Assembly (NCBI GenBank): GCA_050084515.1
Contig: CM114271.1
Location: forward strand, 46,934,001 to 46,998,000
Length of the DNA stretch: 64,000 bases
DNA from: Blasia pusilla
Lineage: Eukaryota
Direction: 5' to 3'
Within the stretch, counting starts at the first letter, position 1; each line of letters starts with the position of its first letter. Made by a program: the position numbers and the translations under genes. Under the pieces are notes generated by a model. It had not been told where the DNA came from. It saw nothing but the letters and a program-made list of their open reading frames with translations, and ran no database searches. Positions 11,901 through 24,704 of the stretch are shown one piece after another.

Positions 11901-12814
11901 AGAGGAGGTGGAGAAACGCACTGAAGAGGTACAAAGTTCACGGTTTGCTACTTTTGTTCATGATCGGGTCGAAAATTGGCATTGGAATTAGTTTCGGTCT
12001 GTACGTTATCATCGGGATTCTGAACAAGAACTTGGGGATTAAGCCCGAGGCAGATCAAATACCCTCATCGTCCTTCTGATTGACGAGGTTTAAGTCAACT
12101 ATTAGGGAAGGTTCTTAGATAGTTCTATCAGGAGCTGGACAGCTCATGTTTGGTCACCGCAAAGGAGTCCTGTGTAGCTGCCCTCTTGCAATACGCGTAA
12201 TTAAAATGGAATGTATTTCTGGGGCCATTGGTCTCGTAGTTTGCTTCAGTCTAGGCACGAATCTTAGTCCACTGTGATGGTGTCGATCTTATCATCAGAT
12301 CCAGTGCTTCTTTCAAACACGAGTGATTTTGCCAAGCTATGGAACGTTATGGTCTTAAAAGCGTGCTATGTTTCAGGACGACTCTTTAGTGGACAAACAT
12401 CTGAGTATATTCTTTTAGATTGAACGAGTCCTGCGTTTGACATAAGTGGGTTTGTCTGATGGACAGATTACCACTCTTAATGAGCGTCTGGGGGAGTTAA
12501 AAGTGCTGGTGGACGAGGCTAACAGTAAGGTGAGATCCAAAGAACAGATGGCAATGGCAGCCATAGCAGCGCGGAATGCTGCAGAGAGATCACTTCAGAT
12601 TGCAGACGAAAGAGCTTCGGATTTGCGTCACAGAATTGAGGACATGAGTCGGCAGTTGGAAGAACTAGAGCAGAGAGGCGATTACCGAGTGCAAGGACTT
12701 CTGAACATGTGTTGGCCCTGGTTGCGTGGTCGCGGAAGACCTGGGTTCAGCGGCTTAGGACTACACGATCATGGATCAGCTGAGATGGAGGAGCTTTTAG
12801 AACCGCTGGTCTGA
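8982..12814 (+). CDS. Long coiled-coil protein, uncharacterised plant family (AT1G24560 'paramyosin-like' / At3g49055-like), about 715 aa
   Basis: Exons 8982-10484, 11041-11108, 11532-11634, 11803-11928, 12467-12814 (GT-AG, phases consistent). Family motifs: EDEAALSDFE, LAELEKERQARKAAE, GGLPR, MEQRNFSIAIEVSQLEAAI, AAEEDVARWKEAATAEAAAG, ARNAAERSLQIADERA, CWPW, and C-terminal EMEELLEPLV. Confidence 0.9.
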
Positions 12815-15703
12815 GCTTTGAAGTAATCAATTGTATAATTTATTCTACCATCAGGTGGCAGAAGAGGCTCTTGACTATAGTGGTTAGATACAGGGAAAGC
12901 GAACATGCATTGGTGTCATGTCTTTGGCGGGGTCGGGGAAGCCACTCTGGGCAGAGAAATGCTCGGGGGAAACTAGTGCGAGACGGGCTTAAATGCCCTG
13001 TAAGTTTTGACGGACAATCCCCCGGTGAGACAGTTTTCTCAGTGAAGTACTCCGTTTTGCAGCTTGACATGGGTTTCATGCTCCTCAGGTTCCGTTGTAT
13101 GTAGCCGAGTGGCGTGGACTTCATTCAACGACATGCCTGAGAGGTGGGAGAGTAGGTGCTTGAGTGGAAAATGATTTTCCAGCTGTTCAGAGCAGGCGCT
13201 TTTGAGATAGGAGGAGGATTTACTGCAATAACAAGAGAGGATGGTGAAGTTTCGTTTTTCGATGATGGTGCTTGAAATCAACTGCTATATCTTGAAGGGG
13301 ATCAGTAGAGAAGCAATTGCGAAGAACTCGAAGCCCAACTCTACGAACTATTCCTGGATGCATGAATTGCAAGCTTGCACATCAATGATCATCAAGTTAA
13401 GGGGTAGATTATTGGAATTTGAGACTCGGCTATCACGGATTGGGAAGTGTGCACCTTTTCCTGCTCGTTTCAAATTAATCCTGATTGTTGCCCGTGGCGT
13501 CGTCAGTATGATATCCAAATTCGGCACGATAGCGTGTTTGCATGTGCTGCGGTGCAGCTATCCCAGTTTAATAGATTTCAAGAAGATGGGTCAACTTCCC
13601 ATCAGTGTCCAAAAAGTTTCAGCGAAGTATGTCAGGATGTAGTTGGTGGAATTTGCTGGGATGCCTTTCCAGAGAGCATGCAGGTTGTGATGAGCGGGCT
13701 AGCCCGAGTTTTGGATCTTCGTAGACGTACACTCAAAAGCTGTACTCTGTTTAGGGTTCCCAGGTCGATAACCAGTAACGTTGAATGTTGGTCGTCCAGG
13801 ATCGCCAATGTCGAGTAATTTGACACGCTTTGGAGATGGAGTCTTTGCAGTCAAATGGATCTGCCGGTCAACCGATTTCTTTTGTCCTTCGGCACTATTC
13901 CCACCCTGAAACTAATTCTTTGTCCACTTACATGTACGTCGCGGTCTAAGGATTCCCCATCTAGTCTCTTGTGGACACGATTTGAAGCTACTGTCGTGAA
14001 AGGGAGATGCTTGGAAAGACATGTCAACAATTGATCGCCTTCGAAGTTCACCATTAAAGTCATCCAGCGATCCCAAGTGAAATCCTTGTGGAGGGATGGA
14101 ACGTAACACAAGGATTTGTCGTGATCATCAAGCTTTGGTAGATGTTCCGTCCGTCTCCACGCAGCTACTCGCACCACTTGTGAATGTCTAGGACTTTATT
14201 TCGCCTTGTATGGATTGTTCTCGCAGCAGAGACCAGTTTTACTTTCTCATCTCCACGCGGAGACCTCGTCGGCCAGTGACGGTATGTTACTCCACATTCT
14301 GGACGCTTCAGGACAGTCGGGGACTGTAAACTGGATCGCTCGTAGAAGGAAATTCTCAAGCTTGGGGATGATGGAAGCAGCGTTCTCGACCAGAATATCT
14401 CCAGGAGGCAGAGGACACCACATTTGCGCTCACTTGGAGTCAGCATTCTACACAGCCGGGCCTAGACACACGACATCGGTCGGCACCAGGCAGCCATGCG
14501 ACTCAGGAATCTGTCGATGTGCTCGTCAGACTGAGAGTGAGAGAGAGAGAGGGATGCAGGCGATTCAGGAGCAAGTGCTACAGCAAGTCACAGAGGCAAC
14601 GGAGTCTTTCTTCTTTGCATCTAAACCCAAAGAAAGCCCGTTCGCTCCATTGGACACCGCCACAATTGGAGACTGGATTTTGATGGCCAGAGTCAGGGAT
14701 TTGGGGGCCGAGCGGCGTGGACTGCAGTGAAGGATAGTTCGTTGATGGCCTAATTTCGAGGTCTTGAAGTAGAGCGACGTCCACTTCGAGCGCTGGACAA
14801 GAATCCATTCATATCCAAGAATCCACTGAGGAGTCTACCATTCACATGGTAGACTCTTCAGGCTGAAAAGGCTGGAGAAGACACTCACAGTTCACTCGGC
14901 GTGAATCATGATGGACAGTCTACAGAGCAGTATAGCACAGCGAACTCGAGGCTTCTCAAGGCATGCGGCGATTGGCTTTGCCACACCTCGAATCTCCACC
15001 ACGATCACCTGAAAAGCCGACCTCTACGACCTCCATTCCACTCCACTCCCCTTACCTTACCTTACCTTACCTTCCCTTCGGACGCTGTACCTGTGCAACC
15101 CTGTCACGCAGTTCCACCACCAGAGCTTGGATCCCGAATTGTAGCGTCACCGATGATGCGGCCCATATCCACGGATTTCCGATGGACGGACCGACGGAGA
15201 GATGGCTCGGCAGATCTCAACCGCGCCGAATCGCCCCGATGACTGCACGATGGGCCGACTCTGCGGTTGAAGGCTAGAAAGAATCATTAGTCCCTTCCTC
15301 GCGCGCACTGCAGCGCTGCAGCGTCATCGGAAACAAAGCCCGTGAAGAAAGGGAAGTGATCGAACGGCGACGTTTCTCCAGCGCTTGTCTCCTCCTCCTC
15401 TTCCTCTCCTTCCTCCCACCCCTTTTCCAAAACTGGCATCCTTACCGTCCAGTACCACTATCACCGTGCATCTGGATCGACGACGACCGACTGCAGCTTA
15501 TTTACTCGGTCCTCGTCGCATCCCGAAGTCGGATGAATTAGCCGTAACGTCCCATAAGACTTACGAACAACGTGACGATGTAGCGCTGAATCCTCCATCG
15601 CTGCAATTTAATGCAGCGTGGAAGGAAAAGCCGAACGTTCATAAAGCCCCCCAATCAAAGATCGACGGAATAAAGTTCATCCACCGGTCTTAAGCTTAAG
15701 CGC

Positions 15704-15775
15704 AATCGGGACCACAAAGAGTCGACATGCGATTTATTTAGTCGAGAGCTTCCACATCGCGAAATCGGGACCACA
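15704..15775. promoter_or_regulatory. Two copies of AATCGGGACCACA containing class II TCP-like sites (GGGACCAC = GTGGTCCC on minus)
   Basis: Direct 13-mer repeat at 15704-15716 and 15763-15775, in a CpG-rich region upstream of a putative minus-strand transcript. Confidence 0.35.
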
Positions 15776-16557
15776 TCATCCACCGAAAGTTGACGAGTCC
15801 CATACGAGAAACCTGAACCCCCCGAGAGGAATGGTAACCGGTCCTTATAAAGTGGAGCTCCTAACCGTTAACCGGTTTTCGATACCACCCGTCCATTATG
15901 ACCCTATGAGTCGGGGCTGTAATGCAAAGCCCCGAGTTTCCATGTGGTGCCTTTTAAGATTACATGCCGGCCAATTGCAAGAGCATTCTTCGAGCCCATC
16001 TAGTCATTGGATTGGCTGCATTTTCGTCTCGTGGAAGGTATCCATGTGACTCTTATGGAAGAAGCTACGTCCCAACTAACCATGTGAGCTCGCCGGCTGC
16101 AACCCATTGCAAGACATGGGGATGTTAGTTGTGGGGAAAAGTATAATCAAAATAAAGGGCGTCTTCTATCCATGTGCGTATGTATTTGGGTTCACAAGAT
16201 CCCGATGCATGTCATCGGTGGTGACTTTCGCATGCCCCATCCTAGTGTAACACGCATGGACGGATGCACTTGAAAGCGTCCTCCTCGCCTTTTTCGAGTG
16301 GTTGTTCTTGGGGTTGACTCCTTGAGTCGAGTTTGTTTCTTTGACTCTCGCCATTTTTCCTCGCTTTTCTTTCTTTCTTCCTTTTCGGAACGAATATTTC
16401 AAAATGCAGATGTTAGGCATCCTCCTTTTGTTCGGACTACTCCACACTCGTGATCGAAATTTAACCGTTTAAGTGGAGGAAGTCGAGCTATTATAAAAGG
16501 TATTACCAAGATACGCTTGTTCATGGGATGTGAGCTAGAAAAATCCTTCAAAAGCGA

Positions 16558-16666
16558 CACACGACTTCTTCCTGGTGTTTATCTCTCATTCTTTCTTCAA
16601 AAACTACACACAACTTCTTCCAAGTGTTTATCTCTCATTCACTCTTCAAAAACTAGACACAACTTC
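16558..16666. repeat. Tandem duplication of a 49-bp unit, about 2.2 copies
   Basis: CACACrACTTCTTCC..GTGTTTATCTCTCATTC..TCTTCAAAAACTA repeated. Confidence 0.8.
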
Positions 16667-18461
16667 ATTCATTCACAGTGAAATGAGCTTTGCAATTTTA
16701 TACTACATCAAAAGGGCTGTGAATACCGAATGCCTCCACCTCATATTCGACCCCATTTTTCAAAATCCATCCCAGAACATTTACGGTTAAAAAAACAAAA
16801 CAAGAGATAATCATGTTGAAATCTACTCTCCTAGGAATATAAAATTGTAAACCTCACAAAAAAATGGTTAAAGGAACTCCCATGATATGAGCACGTCAAG
16901 CATTTGCACAATGCACTGGGCATGACCGGCGTACAATCCGTTGCTCTCAACCACACTCTAGCCATCGCCCAGCTAGCTAGCTATCCATATATCTAAGATC
17001 AAAAGTGGGTGTTAGCCCGAAGGAGGTGGAGTGGTTGGGATGAAGATGGAGTGTCACTTAGTTTTTCTTTTCTTTTTTAAATCTTCTCAGGAAAAATAGT
17101 TTTGTATTCAACTCTTTCAAAATCATGGAGGGTTTAAAATATACGAAAAAAGGTATAATATCCTAAGAAGGGAAACCACTTACTATTGTACCTGGGTTTG
17201 AAGTAGAAATTCTTAAGGCGCGCATTATCTTTTGTCTTCCCAACTGGATATGTCAAGTTGTTTTCTCCTTCTTGCATGCAGGGCAGTTTTTTTTTCCTTT
17301 TTTTAAATTCCATTCTAAATGACACATCCTAGCATGTTTAGGGTGCTTTGCGTAGCCCTAATACCACCCAAAGCCGCCCTATTTTAATTGAATCGGTAAA
17401 GCGTGCTTAAGGTGTTGTTGTCAAGATGGGATAAAGGACTAGAAGAAAGCCTTAGCAATTTGCTAAGCCTACCAAAACTGGACGCATATCCTATCTACAT
17501 TAGATTGGTATTACTTATTGCAGATGCATGAATATTAGTGGGTAAACCTTCTTTTTTTCAATCTATTGTTTTAAATTCCATATTGTGTGGTCTAATGTAA
17601 TAAGGTTTGTTATCTATATTATTGACACATGGAAGTGGGACAACAAGCAAATGTTGTCCCAAATACTCAAACCTTGCAAGAAGGACTAGGAGAAATCTTG
17701 TAACTTGTGTGGCCTTGTTTCTCTTATGCATGTCCCAACTTTGGATTAAAGATAGAAAAATCGAATCCCAATTTGGGGGAGAACAAAAAATAAATTATGG
17801 AAATGTGGCAACACTCTAATAAGTGAGCATTATGACCGCTCTTATGGCTTTGCGGGAAATTTGCGTTTGAAGACTTTGGAGATTATGGTTTCCTTAATCT
17901 ATATAGTAATTGAAGGATGCAGTTTTCTAAAGTTGCTCCTCCGTTTGACACATGTCACTAAACCTCCTTTAAAAGGATACTTTTGTCACCTTAATAAGGT
18001 CTAAAATTGGTAAAGAGAGTGAAGTTATTAATCAGGCGTCGTGCATCGCACTGTCCCATGCGGATCCTAAATAATATCTCCAAACTCAAAATATCATCAT
18101 TTAGGAAAATCCAAAGTTTAACCATTCCAGTTTCCCAATCGGAGAGGCCTTTAACCATGCATACTCTCACTTGTGGCATTTTTAAAAACTCGTGCTTCAA
18201 GTTCTGATTTATTTTTTAAATGGACGTTCTTTCAATGGCTTAAATAGAGAATTAAAAATTAACAAAGGGTGTTGTTTTGTAAGATCCCAAAACTAATCAT
18301 ATCCTTTAGTGTTGAACTAAAACGTTGCGATTAGAATAGTAAGAAAGATTATGATGAACCTCAATAAATATGCATGATGGAAAATCCATCGGAAAAACAA
18401 AAGAGGGGGACTCAAAGAGTCAAGTATCCAAACACCACGACCGGCCCTTAAAAAAAAGAAA

Positions 18462-18684
18462 GGGACATAAAATAAGAAAGATGAGCTCTCAAATTATCGT
18501 TTCCCCAAATTTAACATGTTTCGGAAGCCCAAGAAGAAAGTGACATAAAATAAGAAAGATGAGCTCTCAAATCATCGTTTCCCCAAAATTTAACATGTTT
18601 CGAAAGCCCAAGAAGAAAGGGACATAAAATAAAAAAGATGAGCTCTCAAATCATCGTTTCCACAAATTTAACATGTTTCGGAAG
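18462..18684. repeat. Tandem repeat, about 3 copies of a 78-79 bp unit
   Basis: GGGACATAAAATAAGAAAGATGAGCTCTCAAAT...TTTAACATGTTTCGrAAG starts at 18462, 18540 and 18619. Confidence 0.9.
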
Positions 18685-20399
18685 GAGTTCAACACAATGC
18701 TATGGAAACACATTTTCTACATTAAAATAACTACCACAACCTCTTTTTCTAACGTGGGATGGAGGAAGTTAAAACAAGGAGAAGTAGGATAGAAAGAGTT
18801 TTAATATTAATTACGTTTTGTCTCATTTCCATTTATTTTTAGCCGAGGAATTTGGTCAAGAGCGATATTCTTAAATATCTTTCATAGAAAATTTCTCAAG
18901 TAAAGAGAAGTGTGTGGGGAGGCCCTCCCTTGGACGAAAATTTAATTTAGGTATTATTGTAGATTTAATTATTCCCCGGCTATTTTTGGTGCAGTGGACT
19001 AAATGTTTAATAAGTCTACGTTGAGGGATTTCTTTCAAGGGGAAAGAAACGGATGTAAGAACCTCGCCATGGAAAGAAATGAAACGAAAAGAAAAGAAGA
19101 GAAACGGCAAATAGGCAAAGAAAGGAGCCTTAACTACACTCCACTCCTACTGGACCACACTGCCACGCCTCACAAATAGTCCCGATCTTGAAAGAATCGA
19201 CGACCGCCAGTGAACGCCGTTAACAGCGGCTGTATTTCCCGGCGTCTTCACCCGCCGGCGTACTTCAGACGGCACGCGATGTAGTTTGCCGGCGTAACTG
19301 TCCCGGCATCTATTGGCTGCCCGTCTCCTGCCATCGCGTGCGGTTCGCGGATCCGAGCCTTTTCGCTCCGGCACAATGGAGCGTGTCAAAGCAGGGTTCG
19401 GGGAGTTTTTTCGCGGGACGCGGTCCATCGCCGGTAATGTCCGATCGGAAAACGGTAATTCCGGATTTTGAACCGGTTTTGAGATACGAAATACAAAGGA
19501 CTTACTCGGATTCCTGCCGCTTTTGGCACTCAACTTTCAAATCAAACGGAAATTCTCAAATTTAACCGGCTAGCAATACTCGTAACCCCGGATCTCCCCT
19601 AGTTTTATGTCGAAGGCGGTCGGTCGGGTTAGTCCCATAACTTACTATATGCTTCTTGGGTTGAGATTTTTATTACCTTTCTTTGTCCACTTTTGAGGTT
19701 TGTTTGTATAATAAAGTGAATATTCATGTTAGAGAAAGCTAACTAGTTGGACATGAGTTTGGTGCTTTGAATTATTCTGTTACAAAAAACAAACCTATCT
19801 TGGGAGAAGTCAACAGAGGATGTGTTAGATTGCGATGGAGACTTGGTACTTTGTATCATGGATTCCATCATGACAATAAAAAGGAATGCCAACAACTAGC
19901 ATGCCAAGCCTTGGAGGGTTGGGGTGTATGGAATATTGAGAGGAGATGTGTTAATAAAGATAGAAATTCAAGAAAGTGTGAATCACTAAACAAGTACTTT
20001 TAGAAAAGTGAATGTGCTTCCATATATAATTTAATCTTAGGTGGACCTTGGTGGACAAAGGAGGTATGCACAAAAGGGTCCCATATGGACTATGATATCG
20101 TTCAATGATGATATGTAGATTCGAGAGTAGAGATAACTATGTGTGTCATTTTTACTTTGATTTTACAAGATAAAGATGAAAAAGGGGTAAGCAACAATTC
20201 TCTATGTATAGCTAGGTAGCTAAATTGCCTCGTTAGAGAGCCCGTTGGAGTCATCTTTGTTGGTTTTTTTTTTCAAAGGTAAAAACGGAACATTGTCCAT
20301 TTTTCCATAATTTTTGGTACACGGTTTGATCTAACTGCTCGATCTGATCTTGAAAAGTCTACACTTGCCTATATGTAACTTGAATCTATACAACTGCAT

Positions 20400-20960
20400 C
20401 TTCAAATACTCCTCTTAGTGTCGCTTATGATTCTCAATTGTGTAAACTAAGATAATTATGTCATCTACGCAATATTGTACAGACTTCAAACCAGCCAAAA
20501 TACTTTCTATGATCCTCTAGAACTCCATAGGGATGACTATTCTTCCCTAAATGGTGAAAATTGCCTTTGGTATAAACAAATTGATCTATCCCCCAAAATT
20601 TTGTCTTTTGCCTATCCTCCACTTTAATAAGAAATTGATAATGACCAACATAAAGATCTAATATGAAGACCCCTCCATATCCAATCACATCAAAGATCTC
20701 CTCACAAGTAGGCATAGCGTACCAATCTAACCTTGTTGATCAATTGATACGATAGTAATCTCCACACATGTGCAAATCCATCTAATTGCCATACATATCT
20801 TTCTTTGCGGCTTCAACTTTGGTAGATGCATACTCCCTATATGATAACTCTATGAATCTTTCTTCTCCCAAGTTTTAACTCCTACTCTGAATCAAGACTC
20901 TCTCCATATCGTGATACCTGTAGGATTGACAAGGGATTGGCGTATCGACTGCAACAATCT
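20400..20960 (-). mobile_element. Decayed Ty3/gypsy LTR-retrotransposon reverse transcriptase fragment
   Basis: Minus-strand translation with stops and frameshifts: HMCGDYYRIN*...WYAMPTCEEIFDVIGYGGVFILDLYVGHYQFLIKVEDRQKTKFW...YCVDDIII. These correspond to the gypsy RT motifs RMCVDY, LPRIDELLD, LDLxxGYHQ, KTAF and YxDD. Confidence 0.85.
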
Positions 20961-22863
20961 ATCCATATGTCAAGAGCCTTCAAAATACCAAAAAACCCTC
21001 ACCTTGAAGGGAGAATAACTCATGTGCCTTCTCAAGAACCATTGTAATTTGAATCTCTCTCCGTTTTTCAACTCCAGATCAACGGCGTACATACTCCTAA
21101 GACTCCATTGTGACCTCACTTGAAGAAGAAGACATGATATGAGATTGCTACTCGATGATCCTAGTTATTTCTCCTACAACCATTCCACTTTGATCTCCAA
21201 CATCATGTTATACATTTGAAAATTAACATTTGATATTCTAATCGTCTTCACACTCTCTACTTGAATAATTTCTTAAGAATTCCATAGGTACCTATCTCTC
21301 ATCGTCCAAGACTCAATAGTATTTGGAGGCAATCTACCAATACGTGGGCTTAACAGAATGAATCTTTTTTCCATTTGTCGTTGTCTAGTGAATTGCAAAC
21401 ATAGGTTGATTATCCAAGTGAGGCAGTTCAAGTTCATCATATGACCCAAAATTTAGATTTATGATGCCTCATACACCTCTTCCACTCTCCTCGCACCCAT
21501 AGAAAAACTTATTTCTCGTATTCGCTCCTTAGTAGTTGGCTCCTACAATCCTCATGCATGGTCATCCCTTATTATATCTAGTTATCCCAAATGAAAGATA
21601 CAGAATATTAGGAAGCTCACCAATGTAGGCAATGTTTCTCTCAACTCCCTCATCCTATTAGCTACATCCAATAATAATCGATCATCATGAGTCATCACCT
21701 AAGATTGTCACATTTGATCCTATTTATTATCCATTGTCAAATACAATGCTCTTTGAATTTCATCATAAACTCACCTTAGTATTTTTGATGGTAGAAGGTT
21801 TCCCATCAAAATCATGGACAATGTATGCGTGATCTAAATTTGTGATAACATCTAACAACACTATTGGTCCCAACCAAGATCTCATCTAATGCATATTCAT
21901 CATAACATATGTGCAAGTGTCTCCTAAAAATCACAAATTTTATATAATGTACCCTAGAGAATATGTGTGATTCCCTTGCAAGTGTCGTAATACTTGCAAC
22001 ATCTCCCAAACCATGCATCTAAGAAATCGATGAATTATCATGACACGGCCAACTAGAGATCAACAAATGAATGTCGCAAACTTTGTCTAGGTCTTCCACC
22101 CCAACAATCAAATATATGGAGGAAATATATGTTGGTAACTACGTATTTCCCAGACGAGTAATAACTCATGATACTATTAGACCGACTAGTGCGAGTGTGT
22201 TTTGTGTATGTACGAATCTACCCATTTATTGGAAAGGTCAATGTAATGTTGTATGGATGTAAACAAAAATGTAAATTGTTGACCTTGGTATGGGTCTTAT
22301 GGAGAATTTTGACATGAGAAGTGGGTTAAGGCCACCAACCTTTATGGAAAAGATGGGCTTCCTTGGCTTTGTTTAGAAATTGTGTTGGATCGAAATGAGC
22401 TTTAAATTTGGAGGTCAAAATTTAGTTGTGCGATGCATTTTGTAGCACCACTATAAATTTCATGTTGTTCACCGGATTCTGAATACGAGCTTTCCCCTCA
22501 AGAACAAGTTCATCGTTGGATTGACAAATTGCATGGATTTGATGAATCGATCGACAAGAAAATATACAAGTGTGTTTTTGGTGAAAGCTCTAACTCTATG
22601 GGATCTAGATCTTAAGTCCAAGCAAGTATCCTTCTATTCATGCTTATGCTTCACCGTCTCCTTCCTATTTGCCTACCTACGAGAGGACCACTCTTCACCC
22701 CAACGTACCCCAACCTCACCCCTTATCCAAAAATGCTATCCCTCACCCGCACCTTTGATACCCTTTAGTTGCAATCGCCATCTCCGAAGCTATCCAAGCC
22801 CGAGCCTATCCGCCAATAATCGCTGTCGCCAATGCCGAAGCCAGCATGGCGTTTCCAAGCCTA

Positions 22864-23051
22864 TCCACCAACGAATACCCGGGAGCGCCTGCCCGTTTCT
22901 TTCGGGCGGGAGCTCGGCCCGTTCTCTCCCGCAGCCGGTGTCCACCCGGGAAACTTCTCCCCACCGACCGAAGCCTCCACCAACGAATACCCGGGAGCGA
23001 ATGCCCGTTTCTTTCGGGCGGGAGCTCGGCCCGCTCTCCCGCAGCCGGTGT
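22864..23051. repeat. GC-rich direct duplication (about 76 bp, period 112)
   Basis: TCCACCAACGAATACCCGGGAGCG..TGCCCGTTTCTTTCGGGCGGGAGCTCGGCCCG.CTCTCCCGCAGCCGGTGT at 22864 and 22976. Confidence 0.9.
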
Positions 23052-24704
23052 TCAGCGACCGGTCACCGGCCTCCCGAGCCTTCGCGGTTGCCAGCGTTGG
23101 GAAAAAATGAAACGGGCCCGGTACAGAACCCGTCCTCGGAAGTCGGGCGCCGCGATCGTGATATCGACGACAACCTGGAGGCTGGAGGTCGACGAACCCA
23201 TTGCGCAGAACGACAAAACGTTCGTAATGACGGTCCGCAGCGCTGGAGGCGGCGAATTTGCATGTACACAGCGCATACATATGAGTGAGTGAGTGAGTGC
23301 ATGTAAAGCTCCGGCTCGGCCACGTAGAGATTTAATGTTGAATGAATGATGTTTGTTTGGGCTTTTGACTTGTTGTTGTACATGGTGGGGGAGGGAGAGG
23401 GTGCCACAAATCTTATCCGATGAAGTGGACTCATCCATTTTACTCCAAATGAAAAAAATAAATTCATATTATCTACATTCCTTTTGAAGACGCCAAATAG
23501 AAGGTGCCACAATCCCCATCTGAAGCAAGAGACTTTACTCTCATGACATGGTCCCATGGGGATGGCTACCTGCCCATTCGCAGGAGGGTCGTTGTGACCT
23601 TCGTATAGCCTTTGGTTACTTTCTTCTAGGAGGTTCTTGATGGGTGTAACGACGTCACGTATATTTTCCCCCTATGTTCTAACGGCGCGAATTTTGTTTA
23701 AGTCCCATGAAACTCATCCGTCGGATCAACCAAAATCCACAACCGTGAGGCCCGGTCCTGGCGACGTCCTGACGACCTCGGCCGCATGGGATCGGGTCCT
23801 CATAAGAAACGAACAAGATGCATGAGACGAATAAAAGAAGGTGGGAACTATGGGCCCAACAAAAGAAGATGATGGAAGATCAATCTTTTTTCAATAATTT
23901 TCCAAAAAAAAAAAAACCTTACCATGACCATCCAAATGAAGTAGGGGTTGGATTTTGGTTACGAATGTGGGAATCTTATCTCTATCAGAAGAATTTTTCC
24001 TTTTGACTCCTAGTTTCTTGGTGTCCATTCATTCAATCTTTTGTTCGAGATTCGAACAAAATGAAATCAAAATCAAGGTGTGTCATCTAAGGAGAGCTCT
24101 AATCGGCGGGGGTAATTTTATACATTATTATTGGAACTGAAATTTTTTTCCAGGTATAGATTCATTCATGAGAGACATTTTACAATAATTGATAATATAT
24201 ATGGTATGCATAACATTGCTATGACCAACTTGTTTCGCAAAGCCCATAAATAGGAAATTTGTGGCTACATGTAGAAATTGTATACTCAACTTGCAAGTTT
24301 CCATCTTTAACGTAAACCTTCTAAAAAGGAAACACATGGTCTAGGAAATAAAATTAGCCTCTATGTAATTGTGTAAACTCATATTGGGGTTGGAAAATAT
24401 ATAGTCTAAATGTATGAATGATAACAAATTTTGATTTTTGCAAGAAGAATGCATGGATCTTGGTGAGGAGTACGGTCACGCTTTCCAAAACTTTTTTTGT
24501 ATTTTCGTGGGAGAGGAGCACTATATATCCAACAGAGTTTTAAAATAAATGTATGCCTTCCCACTTGCATGCTCATCATTTGACCTTGAAGATAGGTGAT
24601 GGAATCATGATAGTAACAAACAAGAATGGCATAAAGAGACAAACTAATGGAACTTGCTTGGTAATTTGTGGTTTCAATCGACACGTATGATGAATGCTAA
24701 AAAC

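Noticed and set aside
22521..23288. 255-aa ORF and overlapping ORFs
   Set aside because: They run through a GC-rich duplication, several frames are open at once, and no protein motif is recognisable.
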